In this document: positions 10,858-20,738 of the stretch, piece by piece
Numbering within the stretch: position 1 is the first letter of the stretch
How the letters are laid out: every line of letters begins with the position of its first letter
Assembly (NCBI GenBank): GCA_965208615.1
Contig: CBDBPB010000001.1
Coordinates: forward strand, 256,001-320,000
DNA from: Spirochaetota bacterium
GTDB lineage: Bacteria > Spirochaetota > UBA6919 > CBDBPB01
Length of the DNA: 64,000 nucleotides
Reading direction: 5' to 3'
Program-made: the position numbers and the translations under genes
The notes under the pieces: model-generated
What the model was told of the DNA's origin: nothing
Databases searched by the model: none
Seen by the model: only the letters and a program-made list of their open reading frames with translations

Positions 10858-11835
10858 TTAAGGCCTAAAAGCCACTGTAGTAAATCTAGGAGTAGGAGTA
10901 GGAGTTGTTGGAATGCCAGTAGGGGTTTTAGGTTCATATGTTACAGTATTAGGATTAGTAACAAGAGTAGTACTAAAGATAATAGGCGGAGCGCTTGCAC
11001 TTCTTACGGCAACCCATTTACCATTACCATAAGCTATATCAATAAAAATAACAGTACGATTAGTACGATTATTATTAATAAAAGCCTCATTCAGCTTAAG
11101 ACCCTTTTTAAAAAACCAAAGCATACCCCCGCTTGTCACAACAGTCCATATATTTTTACCATAAACTATGCTATTAACGTCTCCAAGTCCTCCTCCAACA
11201 GATCCCCAGCTATTATTATTATTTTTAGGTTCCCAAGCTGTACCATTAACAATATTACTTTTATCTATATGACCATCAGTATTATTCTGACTAGTAAGCA
11301 AAGCCCATAAACCATTACCATAAGCAATACCCTTACCTTGAGTACCACCAGTAGGGAACTCACTATCAGTCCACTTATTAGGATTAGAAAAGCCGTATTT
11401 ATGTATTCTATTACTAGCTAAAGCAATCCAATTACCCTTGCCATCAGTGGCCAGATCTTCAAAACTACCTGTAACTACTGTACCATCACTATAAGTTACT
11501 CGACCCTTTCTTTTCCAAGTAGCACCATCGTCAGTTGAGCTAAAAAGATGACCATCATTCCTTGTCAGTGCAAGCCAATGATAATTATTACTTTTTGTAT
11601 TTTCTTTGCCGTATGCAAGGCCAACAAAATTACCAGTTGTATTAGATATATTAGATGGTTTTACTTCATACCAATTTTCAGCATTAGTTGACTTATAAGC
11701 CTTATCAGCCGATAGCATAAGCCATAAACCACCACTCTTACCATTGCCTAAAAAGCCGTTTCCAAGACTAATACCTTGAGAACCACAACTAATAAAGAGC
11801 AACAGTACTAAAAAACAAAACATCTCTTTTTTCAT
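10858..11835 (-). CDS. Beta-propeller lipoprotein, array copy 3
   Basis: Same lipobox and YGNG.W blade repeats. Confidence 0.87.
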   Translation of the reverse strand: MKKEMFCFLVLLLFISCGSQGISLGNGFLGNGKSGGLWLMLSADKAYKSTNAENWYEVKPSNISNTTGNFVGLAYGKENTKSNNYHWLALTRNDGHLFSSTDDGATWKRKGRVTYSDGTVVTGSFEDLATDGKGNWIALASNRIHKYGFSNPNKWTDSEFPTGGTQGKGIAYGNGLWALLTSQNNTDGHIDKSNIVNGTAWEPKNNNNSWGSVGGGLGDVNSIVYGKNIWTVVTSGGMLWFFKKGLKLNEAFINNNRTNRTVIFIDIAYGNGKWVAVRSASAPPIIFSTTLVTNPNTVTYEPKTPTGIPTTPTPTPRFTTVAFRP

Positions 11836-11955
11836 GACTAACCTTAAAATTAATGTAAAATAAATATAATAAATTTATAAGATTAAGTCAAGTTAATTTG
11901 TTACAATAGGTTAGCGCCTATATAGTTTTATAGTTGAAATTAACTAATTAAAAAA

Positions 11956-12894
11956 TTAAGGCCTAAAAGCCACTGTAGTAAATCTATGAGTAGGAGTTGT
12001 TGGAATACCAGTAGGCACTATAGCAGTATATTCTACAGTATTAGGATTAGTAACAAGAGTAGCCTTAAAGATAATAGGCGGAGTGCTTGCACTTCTTACG
12101 GCAACCCATTTACCATTACCATAAGCTATATCAGTAAAATCAGTATTATCATTAGTATCATTAGTATAATTACTATTAATAGTAGAACCAAGATCCTTGC
12201 TCAAAAACGAAAGCCCACCATTGTTTTGCACAGCAGTCCATATATCATTACCATAAGCTATGCTATTAGTGGTTCCAGGTGATATAGGACCTTCCCAGGT
12301 AGTTCCATCACTACTTTTATATATATCACCATTATTAAAAACCAAACCCCATAAACCATTACCATAACTAATACCACTAGCTCGACTAGTATTACGGGGT
12401 AACCGACTATCAGGCCAATTATTAGAATTAGAATTAGAAAAGCCGTATTTATGTATTCTATTACTAGCTAAAGCAATCCAATTACCCTTGCCATCAGTGG
12501 CCAGATCTTCAAAACTACCTGAAACTACTGTACCATCATTATTAGTTACTCGACCCTTTCTTTTCCAAGTAGCACCATCGTCAGTTGAGCTAAAAAGATA
12601 ACCATCATTCCTTGTCAGTGCAAGCCAATGATAATTATTACTTGTTGTATTTTCTTTGCCGTATGCAAGGCCAACAAAATTACCTGTAGTACTAGTTATA
12701 TCACGTATACTTGCTTCAGACCAGCTTTCACCATTAGTTGACTTATAAGCCTTATCAGCCGATAGCATAAGCCATAAACCACCACTCTTATTGCCATTTT
12801 TATTACCTAAAAAGCCACTCCCAAGACTAATACCTTGAGAACCACAACTAATAAAGAGTAACAGTACTAAAAAACAAAACATCTCTTTTTTCAT
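11956..12894 (-). CDS. Beta-propeller lipoprotein, array copy 4
   Basis: Same lipobox and YGNG.W blade repeats. Confidence 0.87.
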   Translation of the reverse strand: MKKEMFCFLVLLLFISCGSQGISLGSGFLGNKNGNKSGGLWLMLSADKAYKSTNGESWSEASIRDITSTTGNFVGLAYGKENTTSNNYHWLALTRNDGYLFSSTDDGATWKRKGRVTNNDGTVVSGSFEDLATDGKGNWIALASNRIHKYGFSNSNSNNWPDSRLPRNTSRASGISYGNGLWGLVFNNGDIYKSSDGTTWEGPISPGTTNSIAYGNDIWTAVQNNGGLSFLSKDLGSTINSNYTNDTNDNTDFTDIAYGNGKWVAVRSASTPPIIFKATLVTNPNTVEYTAIVPTGIPTTPTHRFTTVAFRP

Positions 12895-13007
12895 GACAAT
12901 CCCTAATTTAATGTAGAATACATATAATAAATTTATAAGATTAAGTCAAGTTAACTTATTATGATAGATTATTGTTTATATAGCTTTAAAATTAACTAAT
13001 TAAAAAA

Positions 13008-13925
13008 TTAAGGCCTAAATCCCACTACAACAAGATTATTACTATTACTATATTGGACTTCTTTAATAAAACTTAAATTATTACTATAGTCAATAGTAAA
13101 TCCAATAACCTTAGTACTTCTATTGTCATTATCACGAAAAATAGCAACCCATATACCATTACCATAAACAATATTAAGAAGCAAGCCCACATTTTCTACA
13201 ATATTTATTTTTTTACCCTGAGTATCCAAATTATTAAATATGAGTATACCAGTTTTATTTTGGATACTATTAGAATTAACTATAGCAACCCATTTACTAT
13301 TACCATAAGCCATCTTAGTAACCCTAGAAGAAAATACTCTATGATCATTCCAGCTATCTCCATTATGACTTGTATATAATAAATAATTAGTATTATTAGT
13401 AAGCAAAGCCCATAAACCATTACCATAAGCAATACCAGTAACTTCAGTACCATTAAAAATAACACCATCAAGGTAGTTCCATTCACTACCAAAAGAGTAT
13501 TTGTATAGCCTACTATCAAAAGTTACAGCAATCCAATTACCCTTGCCATCAGTGGCCAGATCAGTAAAATTATTAATATTATTAGCTATTTGACCCTTAC
13601 TTGTCCAAGTAGCACCATCGTCAGTTGAGCTAAAAAGCTGTCCATTCCTTGTCAGTGCAAGCCAATGATAGTTATTACTTGTTGTATTTACTTTGCCGTA
13701 TGCAAGACCAACAAATCTACCACCTGTAGTACTAGATATATTAAGCATGCTTACTTCAGACCAGCTTTCAGCATTAGTTAACTTATAAGCCTTATCAGCC
13801 GATAGCATAAGCCATAAACCACCACTCTTACCATTGCCTAAAAAGCCGTTTCCAAGACTAATACCTTGAGAACCACAACTAATAAAGAGTAACAGTACTA
13901 AAAAACAAAACATCTCTTTTTTCAT
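13008..13925 (-). CDS. Beta-propeller lipoprotein, array copy 5
   Basis: Same N-terminal half; divergent C-terminal half ending VVVGFRP. Confidence 0.87.
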   Translation of the reverse strand: MKKEMFCFLVLLLFISCGSQGISLGNGFLGNGKSGGLWLMLSADKAYKLTNAESWSEVSMLNISSTTGGRFVGLAYGKVNTTSNNYHWLALTRNGQLFSSTDDGATWTSKGQIANNINNFTDLATDGKGNWIAVTFDSRLYKYSFGSEWNYLDGVIFNGTEVTGIAYGNGLWALLTNNTNYLLYTSHNGDSWNDHRVFSSRVTKMAYGNSKWVAIVNSNSIQNKTGILIFNNLDTQGKKINIVENVGLLLNIVYGNGIWVAIFRDNDNRSTKVIGFTIDYSNNLSFIKEVQYSNSNNLVVVGFRP

Positions 13926-14044
13926 GACAATCCCTAATTTAATGTAAAATAAATATAATAAATTTATAAGATTAAGTCAAGTTAATTTGTTATAATAGGT
14001 TAGCGCCTATATAGTTTTATAGTTGAAATTAACTAATTAAAAAA

Positions 14045-14918
14045 TTAAGGCCTAAATCCCACTGTAGTAAATCTAGGAGTTGTTGGAATGCCAGTTATAG
14101 TCTTATAATCTATTTTAACTGTAGTAATAGTATTAAAGCTAACCGGTAGTGACGCTTTAGTTCTTACGACAACCCATTTACCATTACCATAAGCTATATC
14201 AATAAAATTAGCATTATTAGTATTATTACTATTAATAATAGCATCAAGACCATTTTTAAGAAACCAAAGAGTACCACCGCTTGTCACAGCAGTCCATATA
14301 TCATTGCCATAAGCTATGTTAGTATAGCCACTTCCTGCAGGATTGCCCCAGTTATTTCCATTACTACTTTTATATATACCACCACCAGATATCAAAGCCC
14401 ATAAACCATTACCATAACTAATACCCTTAACTAATACCCTTACCTTGAGTATTATTACCAGGTAACTTACTATTAGTCCAATTATTAGGATTAGAAAAGC
14501 CGTATTTATGTATTCTATTACTAGCTAAAGCAATCCACTTACCATTGCCATCAGTGGCCAGATCAGTAAAATTATTAATATTATTAGCTATTCGACCCTT
14601 ACTTGTCCAATCAGTACCATCGTCAGTTGAGCTAAAAAGCTGTCCATTCCTTGTCAGTACAAGCCAATGATAGTTATTACTTGTTGTATTTACTTTGCCG
14701 TATGCAAGACCAACAAATTTAGTACTAGATATATTAAGCATGCTTACTTCAGACCAGCTTTCAGCATTAGTTAACTTATAAGCCTTATCAGCCGATAGCA
14801 TAAGCCATAAACCATCACTCTTACCATTGCCTAAAAAGCCGTTTCCAAGACTAATACCTTGAGAACCACAACTAATAAAGAGTAACAGTACTAAAAAACA
14901 AAACATCTCTTTTTTCAT
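14045..14918 (-). pseudogene. Beta-propeller lipoprotein, array copy 6, frameshifted by a 13-bp tandem duplication
   Basis: TAACTAATACCCT occurs twice (14415-14440); removing one copy joins the 163-aa and 116-aa ORFs as ...GKGISYGNGLWALISGG... Confidence 0.88.
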
Positions 14919-14941
14919 AACAATCCTTAGTTTAAAATGAT

Positions 14942-15413
14942 GTCAATATAATATATTTAGAGTATTAAATCAAATTATTTACTATGAAAGGAGTTATAAG
15001 ATGTTATAGTAGGTTATTATAAAGAGGTTCTAGACTTATTAATTTTTATAGATATAAACTGTTCTATTATTTTAATTCCCATAGAAAGCATATAATGTCA
15101 ACATAGAATATTCTAATAATCCGCCCTATCCTTTTATAGAACGGCAAATCAGTTATCACTTCGTAAAGGTCTATAATTCCTAGTCTCAATAAGGGATTCT
15201 TAATAGCTCTCGAAGTGATGACTACTTGCATAAAAAGTGATATTTTGTGTTCATTGCTAAGGCATTTAAGCAGTACTTAAAGAGCATAAAGGGATAACCT
15301 GCTTGATACAAGAAAATAACTTTTCCATGAATATTTTAACTTTCCTGTTTCACAAAGAAATCTAAAATCTATCTACCTTTACGTTATATGTCTTCTTTTT
15401 GCCTTGTATGACT
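14942..15413 (+). mobile_element. MITE-like element, copy A (one terminal repeat retained)
   Basis: Inverted homologue of about 25296-25835; ends in TTTTGCCTTGTATGACT (to 15413); lacks the segment lying between GATGACAT direct repeats in copy B. Confidence 0.7.
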
Positions 15414-15568
15414 CGTCATAACTCTATCATAAAATGATAACTAAATTATTAAACAATATCACTCTAAATAAACTAAATTATTATTAAAAAAAAATACCTT
15501 CTTATTACGTTTGATAGAACATCTGCTAACTTATCACACCTCTTTAACAACCTTTCTATAACTTGATA

Positions 15569-15963
15569 ATCTGTATTTTTTAAGTTTTAGATATATAAAC
15601 TAGCTTAGAATACTTTTGGTTTACACTAATAGAACAATTAGTAACACAAAGTCTAAACGTAAATGTTTATATTTATCCCCATTGTCAATAACCTCAACTT
15701 GATGAACTGACTGTTATCCTTTAGTTATAAGCATTATAAATAGCCCCCGCTTTCTTACTTTTTCCTCTTTAAAACTGTCAGCAATGCTTTTCTTAAAAAT
15801 TACCGTATTATCTAAAATCTAGCTTGCTATTAACTATAGCTTTTAGATGAAAAATTATTATAACATAATTCCTAAATAAATCTTATCTGTATTTTTTTAA
15901 GTTTAAAAAAGATAAATTACCTTAGAATACTTTTGATCTGCACTAATAGAACTATTAGTAACA
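15569..15963 (+). repeat. Two family-2 repeat copies (15569-15646 and 15837-15963)
   Basis: Both end in CACTAATAGAAC(A/T)ATTAGTAACA; 15837-15963 is nearly identical to 5880-6006. Confidence 0.85.
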
Positions 15964-16011
15964 AGGTTAGCGCCTATATAGCTTTATAGTTGAAATTAAC
16001 TAATTAAAAAA

Positions 16012-16853
16012 TTAAGGCCTAAATCCCACTGTAGTAAAATGATTACTAGTAAACTGAAATTGAGCATTATTACTCTGTATCTGATTGATCTAGCATCAAC
16101 AGTAAAGCTAAAAAGCGATCCATTGTCTCCAACAGCAACCCATTTACCATTACCATAAGCTATATCATTAAAACCAGAATAACCAGTATGTCGAATATGA
16201 CTTCCTGTGGCAATATCCGTGAATACCATTATATTACCCCCGCCTACACCAACCCACTTGCCATCACCATAAGCTATATTATCCAAATCAGTAATTCTTA
16301 CACTATATGTCCAATTAGCCCCATTATCAATACTTGTATATATATCCCCATTATCACGAACCAAAACCCACATACTACTACCATAAGAAACCCCAAGAAA
16401 CCTAGCACCTGGTATTGGAGCAATAGGATTCCAACCACCCCCAGAGTTTACATATACACTATTACTATCACCAACCGCAATCCATGTATTATTAGCATAA
16501 CCCATATCATTAAAGACGGCACTTGTTATTGCACTAGTATATGTCCAACTAGAGCCGTTGTCAGTTGACTTAAGAAGTTCACCAGAACTGCTTACTACAA
16601 GCCAATGAGATTGTCCATATGCTAAACCAGAAAAAACAATATTATTACTATCAGATCGATAATACCATTTTATACCATCTTCTGAGGTATAAACATCCCT
16701 ATTCCCTGTTAGAGCTATCCAATGTACGTTACTATTATCTATACCATTGCCTAAAAAACCAGTCCCAAAACTAATGCCTTTAGGTCCACAATTAATAAAA
16801 ATTAAAAGTATTAGTATTATTAATATTAAAATCTTAAATAGTCTTCTTTTCAT
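16012..16853 (-). pseudogene. Beta-propeller lipoprotein, array copy 7, with a frameshift near the C-terminus
   Basis: Lipobox FINC and YG.G.WV blades; the family C-terminus FTTVGFRP-stop (stop at 16012-16014) is in another frame; shift near 16090. Confidence 0.75.
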
Positions 16854-16962
16854 AAATAAACTCTCTATAACTATACTCTATTTCTAGTATAATAAGTATA
16901 GCTAACTATAGCAATATAAACTTTTCTGACTGCCTATTATAAAAACATATATTTATAAAATA

Positions 16963-17860
16963 CTAAGGTTTAAAAGCTACTGTAGTAAAATTATCAGCCG
17001 TAGAAGTATTGATAATTTTTGAATCTATAACGCTACCCTTAAAAGTAAAAGAAACTATAGCTCCACTATTACCTACAGCAACCCATTTACCATTACCATA
17101 AGCAATATCATTTAAATCGTTATTACTAATAGTTTTATAAGCAACTCTAGTAGTGCTACTAGGCTTATCAAGCTTATAAATAAAACCTTTACTCCCTGAA
17201 GCAATCCATAAATTGTTACCACTAGCAATACTTTTTACATCTTTTAAAAAAATTATTATTACGAACTCCCACCTTTCCAGTCTCATATATAATGCCATCG
17301 CCAACTGCAACCAATTTACTGCTACTATATGTAAGCCCAGTAAATATTCTTTTGTCAAAAAGCCTTTTATGGATAGTTCTCCAGCTACCTTTTATATAAC
17401 TCGATACTCTTATAGTTACATCATCACCTGCTATAGCCCACCTATTATTACCATAGGCAATATCTCTAACTCCTTTTCCAGTCAGTTTACGAATGTATGT
17501 CCAACTTTTACCGTTTAAAGATGAAAAAAAACTACTTTCATTAGTTACCACAACCCATCTATAACCATTACTAGTTAAACCATATGCCACACCAGCAAAA
17601 TCATTGTTAATTATATTACCGCTATCATCCTTCATAGTGCCCTTGTCATCCCAAGCTATCCCATCAACTGAGGTATAAATATTACCTTTTTTCGTTAATG
17701 CTAACCAGTTAAAACTACTTTCATCATAATTAGCTTTACTACTAAGAAAACCCATCTCACAATCATTTGAACCACTACTAGCACAAAGACCTTTACTTTG
17801 ACAAGAGAACAAAACAAAAACTAAAATCAATAATGAAAAACTAAATATTTGCCTATACAT
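16963..17860 (-). pseudogene. Divergent beta-propeller lipoprotein, array copy 8, frameshifted in a T7 tract
   Basis: Lipobox LFSC; removing one base from A7 at 17246-17252 joins ...RNNNF to LKDVKSIASGNNLW...FTTVAFKP. Confidence 0.78.
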
Positions 17861-18106
17861 AATAAATACCTCTATATTTAACTTAAGATGTTCAAACTAT
17901 TTATACTCATATTATTAAACTTATACGTTACCTTCATACAAATCCCTCTACTTATATTATATAGCTAAATGATTTAAAATCTATAATAGTTTATAGCATT
18001 CTTAATTGTCTTAGTCACCCTAAAAAACAAAATAAAAATAAAATCCTGACTCATAATGTCTTGAGATTAACCGATTATTATTAAATCACATATACAAGGT
18101 AAAATA

Positions 18107-19612
18107 ATGACCCTACACAAAATGTTTTTAAAATCAGCACTAAAACATAAAAATATTATAGCTATATACGATCAAGCAACAGGCAAAAATATAACCTATA
18201 AAAAACTTATACTCCTATCAATCATATTCGCAGACAAAATTAAACACTACAAAAATCAAAACATCGGTATAATGATCCCAACATCAGCAGGGGCAATTAT
18301 ATCCACATTGGCAACCCTAATAACAGGTAAAACTCCAGTTATGATAAACTATTCAATGAGTGCAATAAAAAGCTCTGTCTATGCACAAAATAAGTGTCAA
18401 TTTAATACAATATTAACCTCCAAAAAATTACTGGATAAGCTTTCTATTAAACCCATTAAAGATATGGTATTCCTAGAGGATATCGTAGCTAACCTTAGTA
18501 TAATAGACAAAATAAAAGGACTTATTAAATCTATATTCCCCCATACTATCTACAACAAAGGCAATGAAAATGATAACGCCGTAATACTCTTTACCTCAGG
18601 TAGTGAGAAAGACCCTAAGGCTGTCCCCCTTAGTCATAAAAATATTATCCACAACATAAACGGCATAAATATGGTGTTTGACTTTAAAAATAATGAAATC
18701 TTTATGTCTATTTTACCTCTCTTCCACATATTCGGACTGACAACCTCCTTCTGGCTACCCATAACTAAGGGATATAGCTTAATAGCTCAACCTAATCCCC
18801 TTGAATATCAACATGTATCCGATAATATAAAAAACTATAATGCCACCTGTATAACCGCTACACCAACGTTTTTTAGGGGTTATCTTAAAAAATCACACAA
18901 AGATGACTTTAAATCCCTTAGAATAGCAATATCAGGAGGAGATAAGTTACCAAAAGCCCTTGTAGACGAGTTCTTTGAAAAGCATAACGTTATGATCTAT
19001 GAAGGATACGGTACCACAGAGACTAGTCCGGTTATATCAAGTAATACAGCCCATTATAATAAACCAGGTAGTATAGGTAAGCCTTTACCAAACGTTAAAG
19101 TCAAAATAGTAAACGTAGATAATAATAATGAACTATCCACAAATAAAATTGGTAAAATCATAGTAAAAGGCGATTTAGTCATGAGGGGGTATATAGATGA
19201 ACCAAATATAACGATAAAAGACGGCTGGTACGATACAGGGGATATGGGACTAATAGACGAAGACGGCTTTTTATGGCACAAAGGTAGACTAAAACGATTC
19301 GTAAAAATAGGCGGCGAAAGAGTATCCCTTATGGCTGTCGAAGAAGAAGCTATAAAAGTAATGCCAGATAACTCATTATGCTGTGCAGTAGAAATACCAA
19401 ACAAAGCTAAGGGTGCTGAAATAATATTAGCCATAACTAAAAAAGTAGACCAAAAACAAATAATAAAAACTATAAAAAACGCCATAGGATCAATAGCCAT
19501 ACCCAAAAAGTTTATATATTTAGACGAACTGCCAATAATGAGTAATGGAAAAATCGACTTTAGACTAACTACTAAAATATGTCATGAAAAACTCTATGAA
19601 AAAGCTAAATAA
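18107..19612 (+). CDS. AMP-binding enzyme, stand-alone Aas-type acyl-ACP synthetase domain
   Basis: FTSGSEKDPK.V.LSH.N, YEGYGTTETSP, WYDTGD, GRLKRFVKIGGE.VSL, NGKIDF. Confidence 0.9.
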   Translation: MTLHKMFLKSALKHKNIIAIYDQATGKNITYKKLILLSIIFADKIKHYKNQNIGIMIPTSAGAIISTLATLITGKTPVMINYSMSAIKSSVYAQNKCQFNTILTSKKLLDKLSIKPIKDMVFLEDIVANLSIIDKIKGLIKSIFPHTIYNKGNENDNAVILFTSGSEKDPKAVPLSHKNIIHNINGINMVFDFKNNEIFMSILPLFHIFGLTTSFWLPITKGYSLIAQPNPLEYQHVSDNIKNYNATCITATPTFFRGYLKKSHKDDFKSLRIAISGGDKLPKALVDEFFEKHNVMIYEGYGTTETSPVISSNTAHYNKPGSIGKPLPNVKVKIVNVDNNNELSTNKIGKIIVKGDLVMRGYIDEPNITIKDGWYDTGDMGLIDEDGFLWHKGRLKRFVKIGGERVSLMAVEEEAIKVMPDNSLCCAVEIPNKAKGAEIILAITKKVDQKQIIKTIKNAIGSIAIPKKFIYLDELPIMSNGKIDFRLTTKICHEKLYEKAK

Positions 19613-19674
19613 CTAAGAAAATATATTATTAATTATCAACCCATCAAGTATATTAACAATAATATAAAATTACC

Positions 19675-19703
19675 TTGACTATGATAGCAAATAAATATAA
19701 ATT
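19675..19703 (+). promoter_or_regulatory. Sigma70-like promoter of the eL13-like gene
   Basis: TTGACT-17nt-TAAATT; AAAGGA RBS at 19733-19738. Confidence 0.5.
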
Positions 19704-19745
19704 TGATGTTCTAATCATATATAACATTAATTAAAGGATATTATT

Positions 19746-19946
19746 ATGAAAAAGAAAATAGATCGCTCAATTGTTAAAGTCAAAAAGAAGCATGGACTAA
19801 GACAAGGTAGAGGGTTTAGTATAAAAGAACTATCCGAAGCAGGTATTACTCCATATCACGCTAAGATTAGTGGAATAGCCATAGATAAAAGACGTAAGTC
19901 TAATAATCCTTCTAATGTTGAGGAAATTAAAAAGCTTAAAAAATAA
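19746..19946 (+). CDS. rpl13e: Archaeal-type ribosomal protein L13e (eL13) homologue
   Basis: RQGRGFSIKELSEAG...AK..GIAIDKRRKS.N..NVEEIK matches the eL13 signature R.GRGF(S/T)..EL..AG...A...GI.VD.RR.....NV..LK; short archaeal-like length. Confidence 0.85.
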   Translation: MKKKIDRSIVKVKKKHGLRQGRGFSIKELSEAGITPYHAKISGIAIDKRRKSNNPSNVEEIKKLKK

Positions 19947-19994
19947 GCTAAGTTCATACATTTATACGCAATCTAAAACAAATATTGAAATACT

Positions 19995-20153
19995 ATATGA
20001 AAACTATATTGCTCCAAAAACTCCTAATATGACTGGTAAGAGCAAAGGTAAAACTTATAGAGGTTGACGATAGACCCTTAGTATTCAAAGTTAAGGTGTT
20101 TGACAGTGTAGAGCTTATTAGTTAAGGGTATGCACGAAAGATTTATAATTTAA
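19995..20153 (+). pseudogene. Remnant of an FlK-like (hotdog) thioesterase, C-terminal part
   Basis: VRAKVKLIEVDDRPLVFKVKVFDSVELIS (from 20036), a +1 shift, then KGMHERFII-stop; typical of the FlK thioesterase C-terminus; 5' part lost. Confidence 0.7.
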
Positions 20154-20708
20154 TTATAGGGTAGGCAAGTCTCTCTTACCATCATAACAAGGTATACCAC
20201 CATTAACATAGGCAATCCACGTTTTTCTATACTTATCAGCCATATTACTAATACCGCTAATCTCTTTATCACTAAGGCTACGCTTAACAATAGCCGGTGA
20301 ACCCATAATAAGAGAGTTAGGTTCAAAAGTCTTACCCATCGGTATAATAGAACCAGCCGCAATAATAGAGTTATCAGATATAACCGATCCATCCATAATA
20401 ATACTCCCCATGCCTATTAAACAATTATCCCCAATACGACAGGCGTGTATAACTACACTATGTCCAACAGTAACATTATTACCAACAACAGTACTATAGT
20501 TATCAGCAACGTGGATCACCGTATTATCCTGGATATTAGTATTTTCACCAATGGTAATGTCGTTAATATCCCCACGTAAAACAGCGTTGTACCATATACT
20601 AACACCCTTTTTTAAAATCACTCTTCCAATAACCTTTGCACCATTAGCAATAAAGCTATCCTCGTGTATGGATGGTACTCTATTAGTAAAATCCATAATA
20701 ACTCCCAT
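20154..20708 (-). CDS. Gamma carbonic anhydrase family (hexapeptide-repeat) protein
   Basis: WYNAVLRGD, NIQDN.VIH, VTVGH...H.C.IGD.CLIGMGS. Confidence 0.93.
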   Translation of the reverse strand: MGVIMDFTNRVPSIHEDSFIANGAKVIGRVILKKGVSIWYNAVLRGDINDITIGENTNIQDNTVIHVADNYSTVVGNNVTVGHSVVIHACRIGDNCLIGMGSIIMDGSVISDNSIIAAGSIIPMGKTFEPNSLIMGSPAIVKRSLSDKEISGISNMADKYRKTWIAYVNGGIPCYDGKRDLPTL

Positions 20709-20738
20709 TAAGAATTAATAGTACGCCATATAAACAGC

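Noticed and set aside
8765-17860. Diversity-generating retroelement behind the AAT-rich variable lipoproteins
   Set aside because: No reverse transcriptase in the window and no template/variable repeat pair differing only at adenines; differences include indels and block swaps
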